Shown in pieces: positions 36,575-48,190 of a DNA stretch of 64,000 nucleotides. Numbering within the stretch: the first letter of the stretch is position 1; the number at the start of each line of letters is the position of its first letter. Location of the stretch: NCBI GenBank assembly GCA_030390025.1, contig CM059433.1, positions 1,364,001 through 1,428,000 of the forward strand. Direction: 5' to 3'. The position numbers were made by a program, and so were the translations under genes. This DNA comes from Squalus acanthias (Eukaryota). Under the pieces are notes generated by a model, which worked only from the letters and a program-made list of their open reading frames with translations, was not told where the DNA came from and did not search any database.

Positions 36575-37830
36575 TCAAACAGCTTGTCCTCCCACTTTAA
36601 AAGATTTGTGTATCGGGACCCCTAAGTCCGTCTGCTCCTCGACTCCTTTTAAAACGTTACCATTTAGTAGGGCAATAAAAACATGGATTAGGGTTTCAGT
36701 GACTTGGAGAAAGAGGCAGGGTGATGGCCGCAATGATGTGGAGGTAAAGGAAGGTGGTCTTGGTGACAGATCAAATGTGGGGAGAAAGACAAGCTCAGAA
36801 TGGAGCTCAATACTCAGACTCCGCTCCTCTCGGGACGCAGCAGCGGCGTTTCTACCGTTAATTAATTCAATCTCCTTAATCTTCTTCCTTGAATGTATCA
36901 CCTTGCATTTCTCAACATTAAATTTCAGTTGCTATCTATCCCAATCTACGAACCTATCTATGTCCTGCTGAAGTTGCTTACAGTCCTCTTCACAGTTCAT
37001 CATGCTCCTTACAGTTGTGTTGTCTGAAAATGTTAATATTGTGCTCCATAAATAATCTAAGAGTAATGAACCCAACAGTGACACTGGGGAAGGCTATTGT
37101 TTACATTCCTACAGTCCGACAAACATCAATTAACCACTACTGTCTGTTTTCTGTCCTTTAACCAGCTTGTTATCCAAGTTGCCACACTCTTCAACTCTCG
37201 TTAGTACCATATGCCTTAATTTTATCAACACGCTTCCCATGCGTTACTTTATCAAACACCTTTTTCAAATTCCATATGCACAACATCCACAGGATATCCT
37301 TTATCCAATGCAATGTTATTTCCTCAGAAGGACTCTAGTAAATTTGTCAGACACGAGTTCTCTTTTACAAACCTATGTCAGCTGTCCTTAATTAGCCTAT
37401 GCCTGTGGTGGTGAGTATTAAACGTATCCCCTATTATGGCCTCTAGAAGCTTTCCCACTACTGATGTTAGATTGAATGGTCTATAGTCAGCTGGTTTATA
37501 AAAAATTCTCCTTTTTGAACAGAGGTGTCAGATTGGACTACAGTCCTCTATCACAACTTTCATTTCCAAGGATGCTTGAAAGGTTGTGGTCAGAGCCTCT
37601 GCTATTGTCTCTCTGAGCCTGATGTATGGTCACCTACCTTCCTTCCTCACTAACTCACCCTGCCTGCAAGGTGACCACCTTCTGAAATGTGAAATCCAGG
37701 AACCCATCAAACTCCCCAGTGTAATGGTGTAATCAATCATAGACACTTCCTGCATGTGTGGTCCTCCCGCACACACGAAGCATCCAGGTCAGGACCTTCC
37801 ACATTATGCAAAGATCGCACATCATGGATC
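36575..37830 (-). mobile_element. Old degenerate CR1 fragments with an L2 insert at about 36665-36800
   Basis: LNGNVLKGVEEQTDLGV plus decayed RT motifs. Confidence 0.65.
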
Positions 37831-38296
37831 CAAGCTGCCCCCCTCCCCCACACGCAACTTAACTGTTTACTCGTAAAAGTTGCATAAAATCCATCCCTCA
37901 AATATGGTCCTTAATAATATTAAAAATGTATAATGCTCAGCTAATTTTCAATATAATCTCGAGGGCCCATCTTGAAGGGGAACCTATACCTTATCAAAAA
38001 AAGTACATTTAAAAAATCATCTCATCGCCAGTTGTGTCTGGTGGCACTGAAGCCATTCCCACAATGACCTACTTTAATGTTGATCAGTGGACCACATGTT
38101 TTTTTATGCAGTAGCCTGCATCATAAAATATCCATTACTCACTGGCTGCTATGTAAAATGAGATTCATGATCTTTAAAAAAAAGTAATATAAAAAGGCAT
38201 ATCATATTGCATCGGTAGCACAGATTGTTATTTCTAAGATCCCTCAATTATCATTCAGGCTTGGGCTGGTAAGTGGTAAGTAACATTTGCCCCACA

Positions 38297-39770
38297 TGTA
38301 GAGATTAACTTATCTCTGGTACTTTCAAATAATCAGGATCGTCTGCAACCAATATGGTGGGTATGTTGTGTTTATTCGGAGTTTAAGGCAGATATAACAC
38401 ACTAGTTATACAACAAAAACATACGACCGTGACAAGTAGTGGATACCGGCCCCGATCGGACAGACGGCTGGCGTGAGCGAACAGCTCTCCTTCTCGGCTC
38501 ACGTGTCTCTCTCTCTCTCTTCTTGAACTGCCCAAGAGTGTTAGACCGGAGTCAGCATGGATCCACCCTTGGGAGCGCTCCACTCCACCATCTGTGCTGA
38601 TCTTTCTTTTATATTCTTTTTAGGGGTGGACCTGGGGTAGAATATGGACAAGACCATCTAACCTATAGAGGTTCCCCTTAAAACAAGGTGCCCAATGGTA
38701 TGTCCAAGTTCTTTGTTTAAGCCATGGAAAAAAGTCAACCCTCATGTTATCTATGGGGTCCTTTTAGTCATTACACATGGTTTCTGTACCTAGCCAATCA
38801 TGGCCTTACAGCATGTTGATGACTGTTTTGCCCTTATCTCATCCAGCCCTGTCCTCCCAAGGTTATAAGAACATAAGGAATAGGAGAAGGAGTAGGCCAT
38901 ACAGCCCCTCGAACCTGCTCTGCCATTCAATAAGGCCATGGCTGATTATCGACCTCAACTCCACTTTCCCGCCCGATCTCCATATCGCTTGATTCCCCTG
39001 GAGTCCAAAAATCTATCGATCTCAGCCTTGAATATACTCAAAGACTCAGCATTCACAGCCCTCTGGGGCAGAGAATTCCAAAGATTCACCACCCTCTGAG
39101 TGAAGAATTTACTCCTCATCTCAGTCATAAATGGCCTATCCCTTATCCTGAGACTGTGACCCCTGGTTCTAGACTCTCCAGCCAGGGGAAACAACCTCTC
39201 AGCATCTACCCTGTCAATCCCCTTCAGAATCTTGTATGTTTCAATGAGATCACCTCTCCTTCTTCTAAACTCCAGAGAGTATAGGCCCAATCTTTCATCA
39301 TAGGACAACCCTCTCATCCCAGAGATCAATCTAGTGAACCTTTGTTGCACCGACTCCAAGGTAAGTATATCCTTCCTTAGATAAGGAGACCAGAACTGTG
39401 CACAGTACTCCAGGTGTGGTCTCACCAAGGCCCTGTACAATTGTAGCAAGACTTCCTTACTCTTATACTCCAACCCCTTGCAATAAAGGCCAACATGCCA
39501 TTTGCCTTCCTTATTGCTTGCTGTACCTACATGCTAGCTTTCTGTGTTTCTTGCAAGAGGACACCCAAATCTCTCTGAACACCAACATTTGAAATATCTC
39601 ATACTCATTTTCCAGGAAAACTAAGCTTAAGCGGTTCCAGTAAAACACAACTTATACATTAACCCCTTACTTGTCTCGAGCTCTAACACAATCATTTAAA
39701 CACAGTATTATTCACGTCACAATTTCATTCGCATAACCATATACATTTTAGGTACCCCTAATTTCTAACA
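38297..39770 (-). mobile_element. Solo LTR (about 750 bp once the inserted CR1 is removed)
   Basis: TGTAGAGATTA...TAATTTCTAACA termini. 4-bp TSD CACA at 38293-38296 and 39771-39774. Minus-strand TATAAAA (38613-38607) and AATAAA (38376-38371). Confidence 0.85.
38865..39590 (-). mobile_element. CR1 3' fragment inserted in the LTR
   Basis: ORF 38955-39473 and CR1 tail. Confidence 0.93.
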
Positions 39771-39959
39771 CACACAAGTGCCAGGCAATGACTATTTCCA
39801 ACAAGAGAGAGCCTAACCATCTCCCCATGACATTCAACACCACTACCATCACTGAGTCCCCCACCATCGACATCCTGGGGGTCACCATTGACCAGAAACT
39901 CAACCGGACCACCCACGTAAATGCCACAGGTACTAGAGCAGGTCAGAGGCTGGGTATTG

Positions 39960-40402
39960 GGGGGGAGGTCTTATGAGGAAAGATTGAGGGAGTTGGGGCT
40001 TTTCTCTTTAGAGCGGAGGAGGATGAGAGGCGACTTAATAGAGGTTTATAAGATGATGAGGGGGATAGATAGAGTGGATGTTCAGAGACTATTTCCTCGG
40101 GTAGAGGCAGCTGTTACAAGGGGGCATAACTATAAGGTGCATGGGGAGAGATATAGAAGGGATGTCCGAGGTAGATTCTTTACTCAGAGAGTGGTTGGGG
40201 TGTGGAATGGACTGCCTGCTGTGATAGTGGAGTCGGACACTTTAGGAACTTTCAAGCGGTTATTGGATAAGCACATGGAGCACACCAGAGTGATAGGGAG
40301 TGTGATAGCTTGATCTTGGTCTCGGACAATGCTCGGCACAACATCGAGGGCCGAAGGGCCTGTACTGTGCTGTACTGTTCTATGTTCTATGTTCTATGTT
40401 CT
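39960..40402 (+). mobile_element. CR1 3' fragment with (GTTCTAT)n tail
   Basis: ORF 39921-40313 YEERLRELGLFSLERRRMRGDL. Confidence 0.92.
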
Positions 40403-40643
40403 ATTGTGTGGTGATTGGCTCACCTCCTGACTCTCCAAAGCCTCTCACCACCTATAAGGGACAAGTAAGGAGTGTGATGGAATATTCTCCACTTGCCTGG
40501 ATGAGTGCAACTCCAACAAAACTCAAGAAAATTGACACCATCCAGGATAAAGCAGTCCGCTTGATTGGCACCCAATCTACTAGCCTAAACATCCACCCCC
40601 TCCGTCACCGGCTTATCGTGGCTGCAGGGTGTACTATCCACAG

Positions 40644-40772
40644 CAGGGGTGGGCAATTATTTGGGCATGAGGGCCACGTTACAAGTTTTGGTGAGCTGTT
40701 GGGAGCCGCACACGCTCGAGCTCCAGTGGGCCGGATAGAATGAACTGGTGGGCCGTACTTTGCACACCACTG
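40644..40772. mobile_element. hAT (Charlie-like) MITE, 129 bp
   Basis: TIRs CAGGGGTGGGCAA and CAGTGGTGTGCAA (reverse complement). 8-bp TSD ATCCACAG/ATCTACAG. Confidence 0.85.
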
Positions 40773-41782
40773 ATCTACAGGATGTGCAACAGCAACTCGC
40801 CAAGTCTTCTTCTGCAGCACCTCCCAAACCAAACCTCCCCCACCTAGAAGAATAAGGGCAACAGGCGCATGGGAACATCACCACCTCCAAGTTTCCCTCC
40901 AGGTCACACACCATCCTGGCTTGGAAATATATTGCTGTTCCTTCATCATCACTGGGTCAAAATCCTAGAACCTCCTCCCTGACAGCAATATGTCAACATC
41001 TTCACCACACGAACTTCAGCGGTTCAAGAAGAAGGCTCACCACCAGCTTCTCAGGGCAACTAGAGATGGGCAATAAATGTCAGCCCTGTTAGCAATACCT
41101 ACATCTTGAGAATTAATCTCATCATGGACCGTCAGCTCTGAAATGACACTTACTTGGGTGTTAGCATTTCATTGTGCTTTTGGACAGGATAGAACAGGTG
41201 AAGCTAAGTGCCTTACACACTTCTTTACTTACCAAATATAGGTGACTAGGCGTACTTTGTGGGGAATTAAGAACAGGAAGATGGGCTGATAGATGAGACC
41301 AAGGATCAAGTTCTTTCCCACAAAGGAAGACAAGAAAAACAAAGGGCCAATAATCCTAAATTGCTCTGGTGCGACTTGACTTAGTTAATTACAGACTGAC
41401 ACATGCAAAGGCCCAAGAGCTCGTACGTGTACAATTATGTACTGAATAAAACTGAAGAGGAGACACTTACTTTACAAGATTACTATCTATTATTTCAGCG
41501 ACATATTTTCTAACTTGTTGACCTGGTACATCCCCGCCAGGTGTATGGCCACACGAATTACCTCCAGTACTACCTCCCTCTGCTGGACACATATGCAATC
41601 ACATGAGACAGTCTTAAACACAGGAGCACGTCAATCTCTGCTTCTTTTCACCACAGATAGTGCGTGGCATAGGGAGAGTACCGAGAGGAGAAGAAGCAAA
41701 ATACATCAAAAGTTAACAATTAAAATAGAATAAATGTCGATACATGTATTCAATTGGTTTCTTTTTGTCATTGCCTCCTAAT

Positions 41783-42460
41783 AAGAACATAAGAACATAA
41801 GGATTAGGAGCAGGAGTAGGCCATATGGTCCTTCGAGCCTGCTTTTAGTAAGATTATGGCTGATCTTCGACCTCAACTCCACTTTCCCACCTGATACCCA
41901 TATCCCTTGATTCCCCTCGAGTCCAAAAATCTCTCGATCTCAGCCTCGAATATACTCAACGACTCAACACCCACAGCCCTCTGGAGCAGAGAATTCCAAA
42001 GATTCACAACCCTCTGAGTGAAGAAATTCCTCCTCATCTCAGTCTTAAATGCCCCCTAGTTCTAGACTCTCCAGCCAGGGGAAACAACCTCTCAGCATCT
42101 ACCCTGTCAATCCCCTTCAGAACCTTATCTGTTTCAATGAGATCTCCTCTCATTCTTCTAAATTCCAGAGAGTATAGGCCCATTCTACACAATCTCTCAT
42201 CATAGGACAACCCTCTCATCCCAGGGATCAATCTAGTGAACCTTCGTTGCACCACCTGTAAGGCAAGTATGTCATTTCTCAGATAAGGAGACCAAAACTG
42301 TGCTCAGTATTCCAGGTGAGGTCTCACCAAGGCCCTGTATAATTGTAGCAAGACATCCTTACTCTTGTACTCCAACCCCCTTGCAATAAAGGCAAACCTG
42401 CCATTTGCCTTCCTAACTGCTTGATGTACCTGCATACTAACTCTCTGTGTTTCCTGTACG
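41783..42460 (-). mobile_element. CR1 3' fragment
   Basis: ORF 42034-42255 and a (TTCTTATG)n tail. Confidence 0.92.
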
Positions 42461-44067
42461 AGGCCGCCTGAATCCAGTGTCAAAACTCAACCTCCGAGGA
42501 CAGCTGGACTACTTAAGAGTGTTTTCAAAGCACCTTCTCTTCAGTATCCACAGCAAAAATCAGTTGTGCCAGTATCGGGAGTAGAATTTGGTTTTGTCTG
42601 GTGCTAAAGCCATCAAGTGAGGCTTCTGGCTTTTTAATAATTCCACACCAAGTACTTATAAAATGACTACTGAAAGGACGCTGTTGTTTGTTCCTTGACA
42701 CCATTTTGTTTCTTTGCTCCACCCCGCTCCATATTTTCTCCCTCATCCAGGGAAAGCCGGATGCTCTGTGCCATTGAATCCTCAATGTTTGCTGTCGAAG
42801 TTGTTCAATGATTAACAGGCAGAAGATATGCTTCCGTGGGGCACAACTGGTTTACGGCTTACTTTTTCCACGTCCTTACCAAGATGGAAGATTGAGCTAC
42901 TGGTATTCCTCTCGCTGGTGGGCTGCCAGAAAGATGGTCAACCTTATCTCTTGAGAAACAATGGGCTGTTTGTCAATGCAGACTGGAATTTGAACTCACA
43001 AAACATCTGGTAGGTCAGCATGTATCACACTTAGCGGTATCGTACTTCGCTGATTATTAGGTTCAGGACGTCAGTATAATTTTTTTTTTTACTATCATGT
43101 TATTCCAAGGATACCATTGATTTTAAACCTAACATGCTGCAGCATTTCACAAACTCAGGCTCGGCTTGACAGTTTGGCCCGATAGTCCACATTTGAAGGA
43201 GAGCTCAGCGAATCAATGTCATTTATTATTTATTCTTCTGGCCATGCAGAAAGATGCTTCCCACTTCCCTGCCTTTCCACCTCTCACCTTGTTAGCCTCT
43301 CACAAATACATTCAGAAAGCTAAAATCACAAAAGCAAAATACTGCGGATGCTGGCAATCTGAAATAAAAATGAGAAAACACTGGAAACACTCAGCAGGTC
43401 AGAGAGAAACAGAATTAACGTTTCAGGTCGATGACCTATCAGCTGCACCTGAAACAATGGCCCGTAATTTGCGGTCATCAGTGAAGCAAAGGCGTTCGTC
43501 GCTGGCCCCGAAGTAAGCTTCGCACAAAGATCTCACCATCTCTGTGTCGAGAAGTTCGGCTTTTCCGACATTCAGGGAATCCCTAACGCGAGCTGCTGTG
43601 ACGTCAACAATCTGTCTAAGCAGCCAATCACAATGCACAATTCTCACAGACCGGGAACCAGGAAGTGAATAAGCTTCTTTGATTCTAACTTTTTAACAAT
43701 GTTCGAGAGAACAAAACAAAGATTGGGGCTCTCAATGGGGAAAAGGCAAACCTGAAAGGCTGGGTCTCTGCTGAACTGGTTCTACTGGTTTGTCAGCTCT
43801 GCTGGCTTGTAGGTAGCAGCTCCACTTGCTGTCTGGTGACTCGTTCTACCGGTTTTCAGCTCTGCTGGTCACTGGTTTATGGTTTTATTTTTTCTCCGCC
43901 GCTTTGACCTACGGTAACCTCCAACTAGCGTCAGTTTAGCCATCATCTCTCTGCATCGCTACCGACTCTCATTCCGACAGCAACAACCTCCATCCTCGAA
44001 CTCACTACCCTTCAAATAGCTTCTGGACTTCTCACCTGCTTTGGACAGCGGTTCGTCGATGCTCCGT

Positions 44068-44183
44068 AAAAAGAAAGAAAGACTTACATTTATATAGCGC
44101 CTTTCACGACCACCAGACGTTTCAAAGCGCTTTACAGCCAATGAAGTACTTTAGAAGTGGAGTCACTGTTGTAATGTGGGAAC
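44068..44183 (-). mobile_element. DeuSINE 3' fragment inside the L2 5' region
   Basis: aagaaagacttacatttatatagcgcctttcacgacc. Confidence 0.85.
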
Positions 44184-45145
44184 ATCCGGCCCCATCCTGC
44201 TTCCGTCGGCTTGTCCTTCCATGGGACCTCTGACTTTGACCCTGGTCTTCCTACTATTGTCCCCAACCTATTCCCTGCTACCAGGAAATATGTATTCCAT
44301 TAATTATTACATTTAAACAGGCCTTTGTAACCTGAGCTTTTCCCGTGTCCATTCGCATGCGCACTTTGGCTGCCACTCCGGACCCGAGCCACTCCACTTT
44401 TTCCCCCTATTTTCCTTTTCTCTCTAACCCTCCCTGACCGCACTCTCCCGTCGTCATGCCTCCTTTCATCTCTCTTCTCTCGGATACACTGCCCTCCCAA
44501 ATCCCTACCCCAATCCTTCATTACTCTTCGACCTTCCTACTCTCCTGCCGCCGTCCCAGGCTTGACTCCGTCTTAGATAAGCCCACAGCTTCCCTCTGTG
44601 CCTCTCTTGGCATCCTACGAAGGGGCCATCGAGGCACTCGTCGCTGCCTCCTTACGAGCAGCAACCCCAACTGTCCCATCCTACTCTCTCGCCGACCTTC
44701 CCGCCCAGCGCCCACTGGGGGCAAATCTTGCCAATCTCCTCCCCATCCAACTCATCCCCCGCTCTCCCCCCCCCCCCCCCAGCGCTGACCCTGTGGATGC
44801 TGGCAGTGGGGCAGCCATCACCGACCCTCTCCGCATCTCTCTCCAGAATGTCCGTTCACTTGCGAACAAGGCCCTTAGCCATCCATGAGCTTATCGTGGA
44901 TGACTGCATCGATATCATGGCCCTGACGGAAACTTGGTTGAGGGGTGATGACACTTTACCCTTAAGTGAAGCCTCCCCGCCTGGCTATACCTTCCACCAC
45001 TTGCCCCGCTCAGATCGCCGTGGTGGCAGTGTGGCTCTCATCATCAAATCACACCTTGGTCTGTCCCTCCTACTCCTCCGGCACTTTCTCCTCCTTTGAG
45101 CATCTCACCTTATTCCACCACTCTCACCTCTCATTTAAAATTCAT

Positions 45146-46034
45146 GGGGGGAAATATTCAGTATCGCCCCGTTTGGGGCGCAATTATCGGCCGGGCGCAA
45201 AGATTAGCGTCTGGCGCTAATTATCGCCTCCGACTGCAAACTTGGCTTCTATCGCCCCTGGAGGTGATTGGAGCGCTAAATCAGGCGCTACACTCCTCTC
45301 TTAAGGTGCTAACGCCGAGGAGCGAGGCGCTACCTCAGAGCGCTGGCGAAGCTCATGTGATGTCAGTCAGCAATGGAACACAGACACACTGGCGCTGCCC
45401 AGTTCTTAAAGGGGAGGGTCGATCTTGCTCTCCATCCACACCCTGCTCATTGCAGCCTTGAATCTCAGCCTGGAGAGACCTGTACATCAAATCTGCTGGA
45501 AAGAACAATGGAGAGGCCCAGGGAAAGATGTCAGAGTGCAGCCCCCATAGTCTCTTCTAAATTGATGCAAGGAAGATCAAATCAAAATGAACCTGCAAAG
45601 TGCTGCTCAGTACCCAAAACTCCTCAACACAGCATTGAATATCTCCAGAAGTCTCTCTCTCTCTCAGAATCTGTGGTGCAAAAATGTCGCCGAAAAAAAA
45701 GGCAGGAACCGGTCGCCTTTAAATAGCGCTCCCCCAGTCCCTTCCAGACTGCAAAATGCTCCCCTCAACCTGTCGTTGCTAGCGGCAGGTGGTAAGGCAG
45801 GGGGTGACACTCAATATCCGGTCCGGGGCGCTACTGGGGCGTTGCACGCTCGACTGACGTCACGATCTGCGGGCGCAGGAGATCGTGCTGGTAGTGTTTA
45901 GCGATGCCGCAAAATGTCTGGTCAATTTCGTGAGCGGCGCTAACATCGCCGTGCACGGGCGCTAGTTGCTTTGCGGCCCATTAGCGCCCTCTTAAGGCAC
46001 TAACGGGAGGCGCAAACCAATCGAATTTTCCCCC
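45146..46034. mobile_element. Harbinger internal-deletion derivative inserted in the L2 endonuclease
   Basis: TIRs GGGGGGAAATATTC and GGGGGAAAATTC (reverse complement). TSD CAT at 45143-45145 and 46035-46037. Removal restores L2 FKIH-VLYR. Confidence 0.88.
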
Positions 46035-46931
46035 CATGTTCTCTACCGCCGACCCAAGTACCATAAAAATTTTATTACTGAAATATCTTCATTGTTCTCC
46101 TCCCTTAGCCTCTGAACCGAACGACTTCTCATCCTCGGTGATTTCAACCTCCATCTCAATTCATCATGCTCTCTCTCCTCTGTGTTCACTTGCCTCCTAT
46201 CCTCCCTTAATCTCTCCCTCCATGTAAACTCTCCAACCCATATTCACGGCCACCCCCTTGACCTTGCCATCTCTCGTGGCCTCGCTACTCCCATCGTGTC
46301 AATTGCAGATAAGGCCATCTCTGACCATTTCCTCGTATCGCTCTCCACCCACATCCCCCTTCCACCCACCCCTTCCCCAACCCTACTTCCTTCTGTGTCT
46401 GCCCCTGGAAAAAACTCTCTCCCAACTCTCTTACAACTGCGCTTATGAAATCCCAACTGTCCAGCCTCTGGCCCTCCATTCACCATGACATTTCTGCAGC
46501 TTTCGATCTGCTCAACCACACCCTCATCACTATCTTTGATGCCCTAGTCCCATCTAAAACAATTACCCTCTCTCACCCTGGCTGTTCCCCCGGTACGGCT
46601 CTCATCTTCGCTCCCTTAAGTCCAAGGGACGCAGACTTGAACGGATATGGCGGAAAACTGGTTTAGCCATTCGCCGCCCAGATCTGGCTGGACCACATAA
46701 AGCACTATCGGGCCCAGCTCCCGTCTGCCAAAATTGCTCACTATTCCAGAATAATTCTGGAATGCAAAGATAAACCCCGGCTCCTATTCTCTACTGCTAA
46801 CCGTTTCTTAAACCCCTCTCCCCTGTCTCCTCCACCCTCACCTCCGATAACAAGTGTGAGGAGCTCATGGACTTCTTTGTCTCTAAGATTGAGACCAACC
46901 GTTCAGCTGCCTCTGCCACTTCCCTTCCTTC

Positions 46932-47893
46932 GGTGAGTGGGCGGAGATTTGGCAGATGCAATACAATATTGGAAAATGTGAGGTTATGCACTTTGGCAGG
47001 AAAAATCAGAGAGCAAGTTATTATCTTAATGGCGAGAAACTGGAAAGTACTGCAGTACAAAGGGATCTGGGGGTCCTAGTGCAAGAAAATCAAAAAGTTA
47101 GTATGCAGGTGCAGCAGGTGATCAAGAAGGCCAACGGAATGTTGGCTTTTATTGCTAGGGGGATAGATTATAAAAACAGGGAGTTATTGCTGCAGTTATA
47201 TAAGGTATTGGTGAGACCGCATCTGGAATACTGCATACAGTTTTGGTGTCCATACTTAAGAAAAGACATACTTGCTCTCGAGGCAGTACAAAGAAGGTTC
47301 ACTCGGTTAATCCCCGGGATGAGGGGGTGGACATATGAGGAGAGGTTGAGTAGATTGGGACTCTACTCATTGGAGTTCAGAAGAGTGAGAGGCGATCTTA
47401 TTGAAACATATAAGATTGTGAAGGGGCTTGATCGGGTGGATGCGGTAAGGATGTTCCCAAGGATGGGTGAAACTAGAACTAGGGGGTATAATCTTAGAAT
47501 AAGGGGCTGCTCTTTCAAAACTGAGATAAGGAGAAACTTCTTCACTCAGAGGGTAGTAGGTCTGTGGAATTTGCTGCCCCAGGAAGCTGTGGAAGCTACA
47601 TCATTAAATAAATTTAAAACAGAAATAGACAGTTTCCTAGAAGTAAAGGGAATTCGGGGTTACGGGGAGCGGGCAGGAAATTGGACATGAGGCTGAGTTC
47701 GGATCGGTCGAGGCCCTGTGGGTGGCGTAGCGGGCCCAGGGGCTGAGTGGCCAGGTCCTGCTCCTACTTCTTGTGTTCTTTAGATTTGAGGTGAGGATCA
47801 GATCAGCCATGATCTTATTGAATGGCGGAGCAGGCTCGAAGGGCCGATTGGCCTACTCCTGCTTCTATTTCTTATGTTTTTATGTTCTTATGT
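46932..47893 (+). mobile_element. CR1 3' fragment inserted in the L2 (same subfamily as 2493-5756)
   Basis: ORF 46956-47690 is nearly identical in translation to 2734-3645. Confidence 0.95.
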
Positions 47894-48094
47894 TCTTCCC
47901 CTGGCCAAACTTCCTTTAAGGTTCCCCCCTGCCCTAGCCCTGAACTCACATCTTTCTCCAGTTTCTCTCCGATCTTCCCTCATGACCTCTCCACGCTCAT
48001 CTTGTCCATGAGACCCACTTCCTGCTCCCTCGACCCCATTCCCACCAAACTGCTGAACACCCAACTTCCTTTTCTGGCTCCCATGTTAGCTGAT

Positions 48095-48190
48095 ATCCCT
48101 AGAATTTAGAAGGTTAAGGGGTGATCTGATCGAAGTTTTCAAGATATTAAGGGGAACAGATAGGGTAGATAGAGAGAAACTATTTCAGCT
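48095..48190 (+). mobile_element. Short internal CR1 fragment replacing part of the L2
   Basis: gaatttagaaggttaaggggtgatctgatcgaag matches 28265-28350. Confidence 0.8.

Larger units (their letters stand above)
38255..41110 (+). mobile_element. LINE of the 15400-18545 family, interrupted by an LTR, a CR1 and a hAT MITE
   Basis: aacatttgcccca|cacaagtgccagg rejoins. ILGVTIDQKL and VRSVMEYSPLAW motifs. gggcaataaatg tail. Confidence 0.88.

Noticed and set aside
42525..42785. Possible host exon in unique sequence (86-aa ORF)
   Set aside because: No recognisable domain and no convincing splice sites or partner exons
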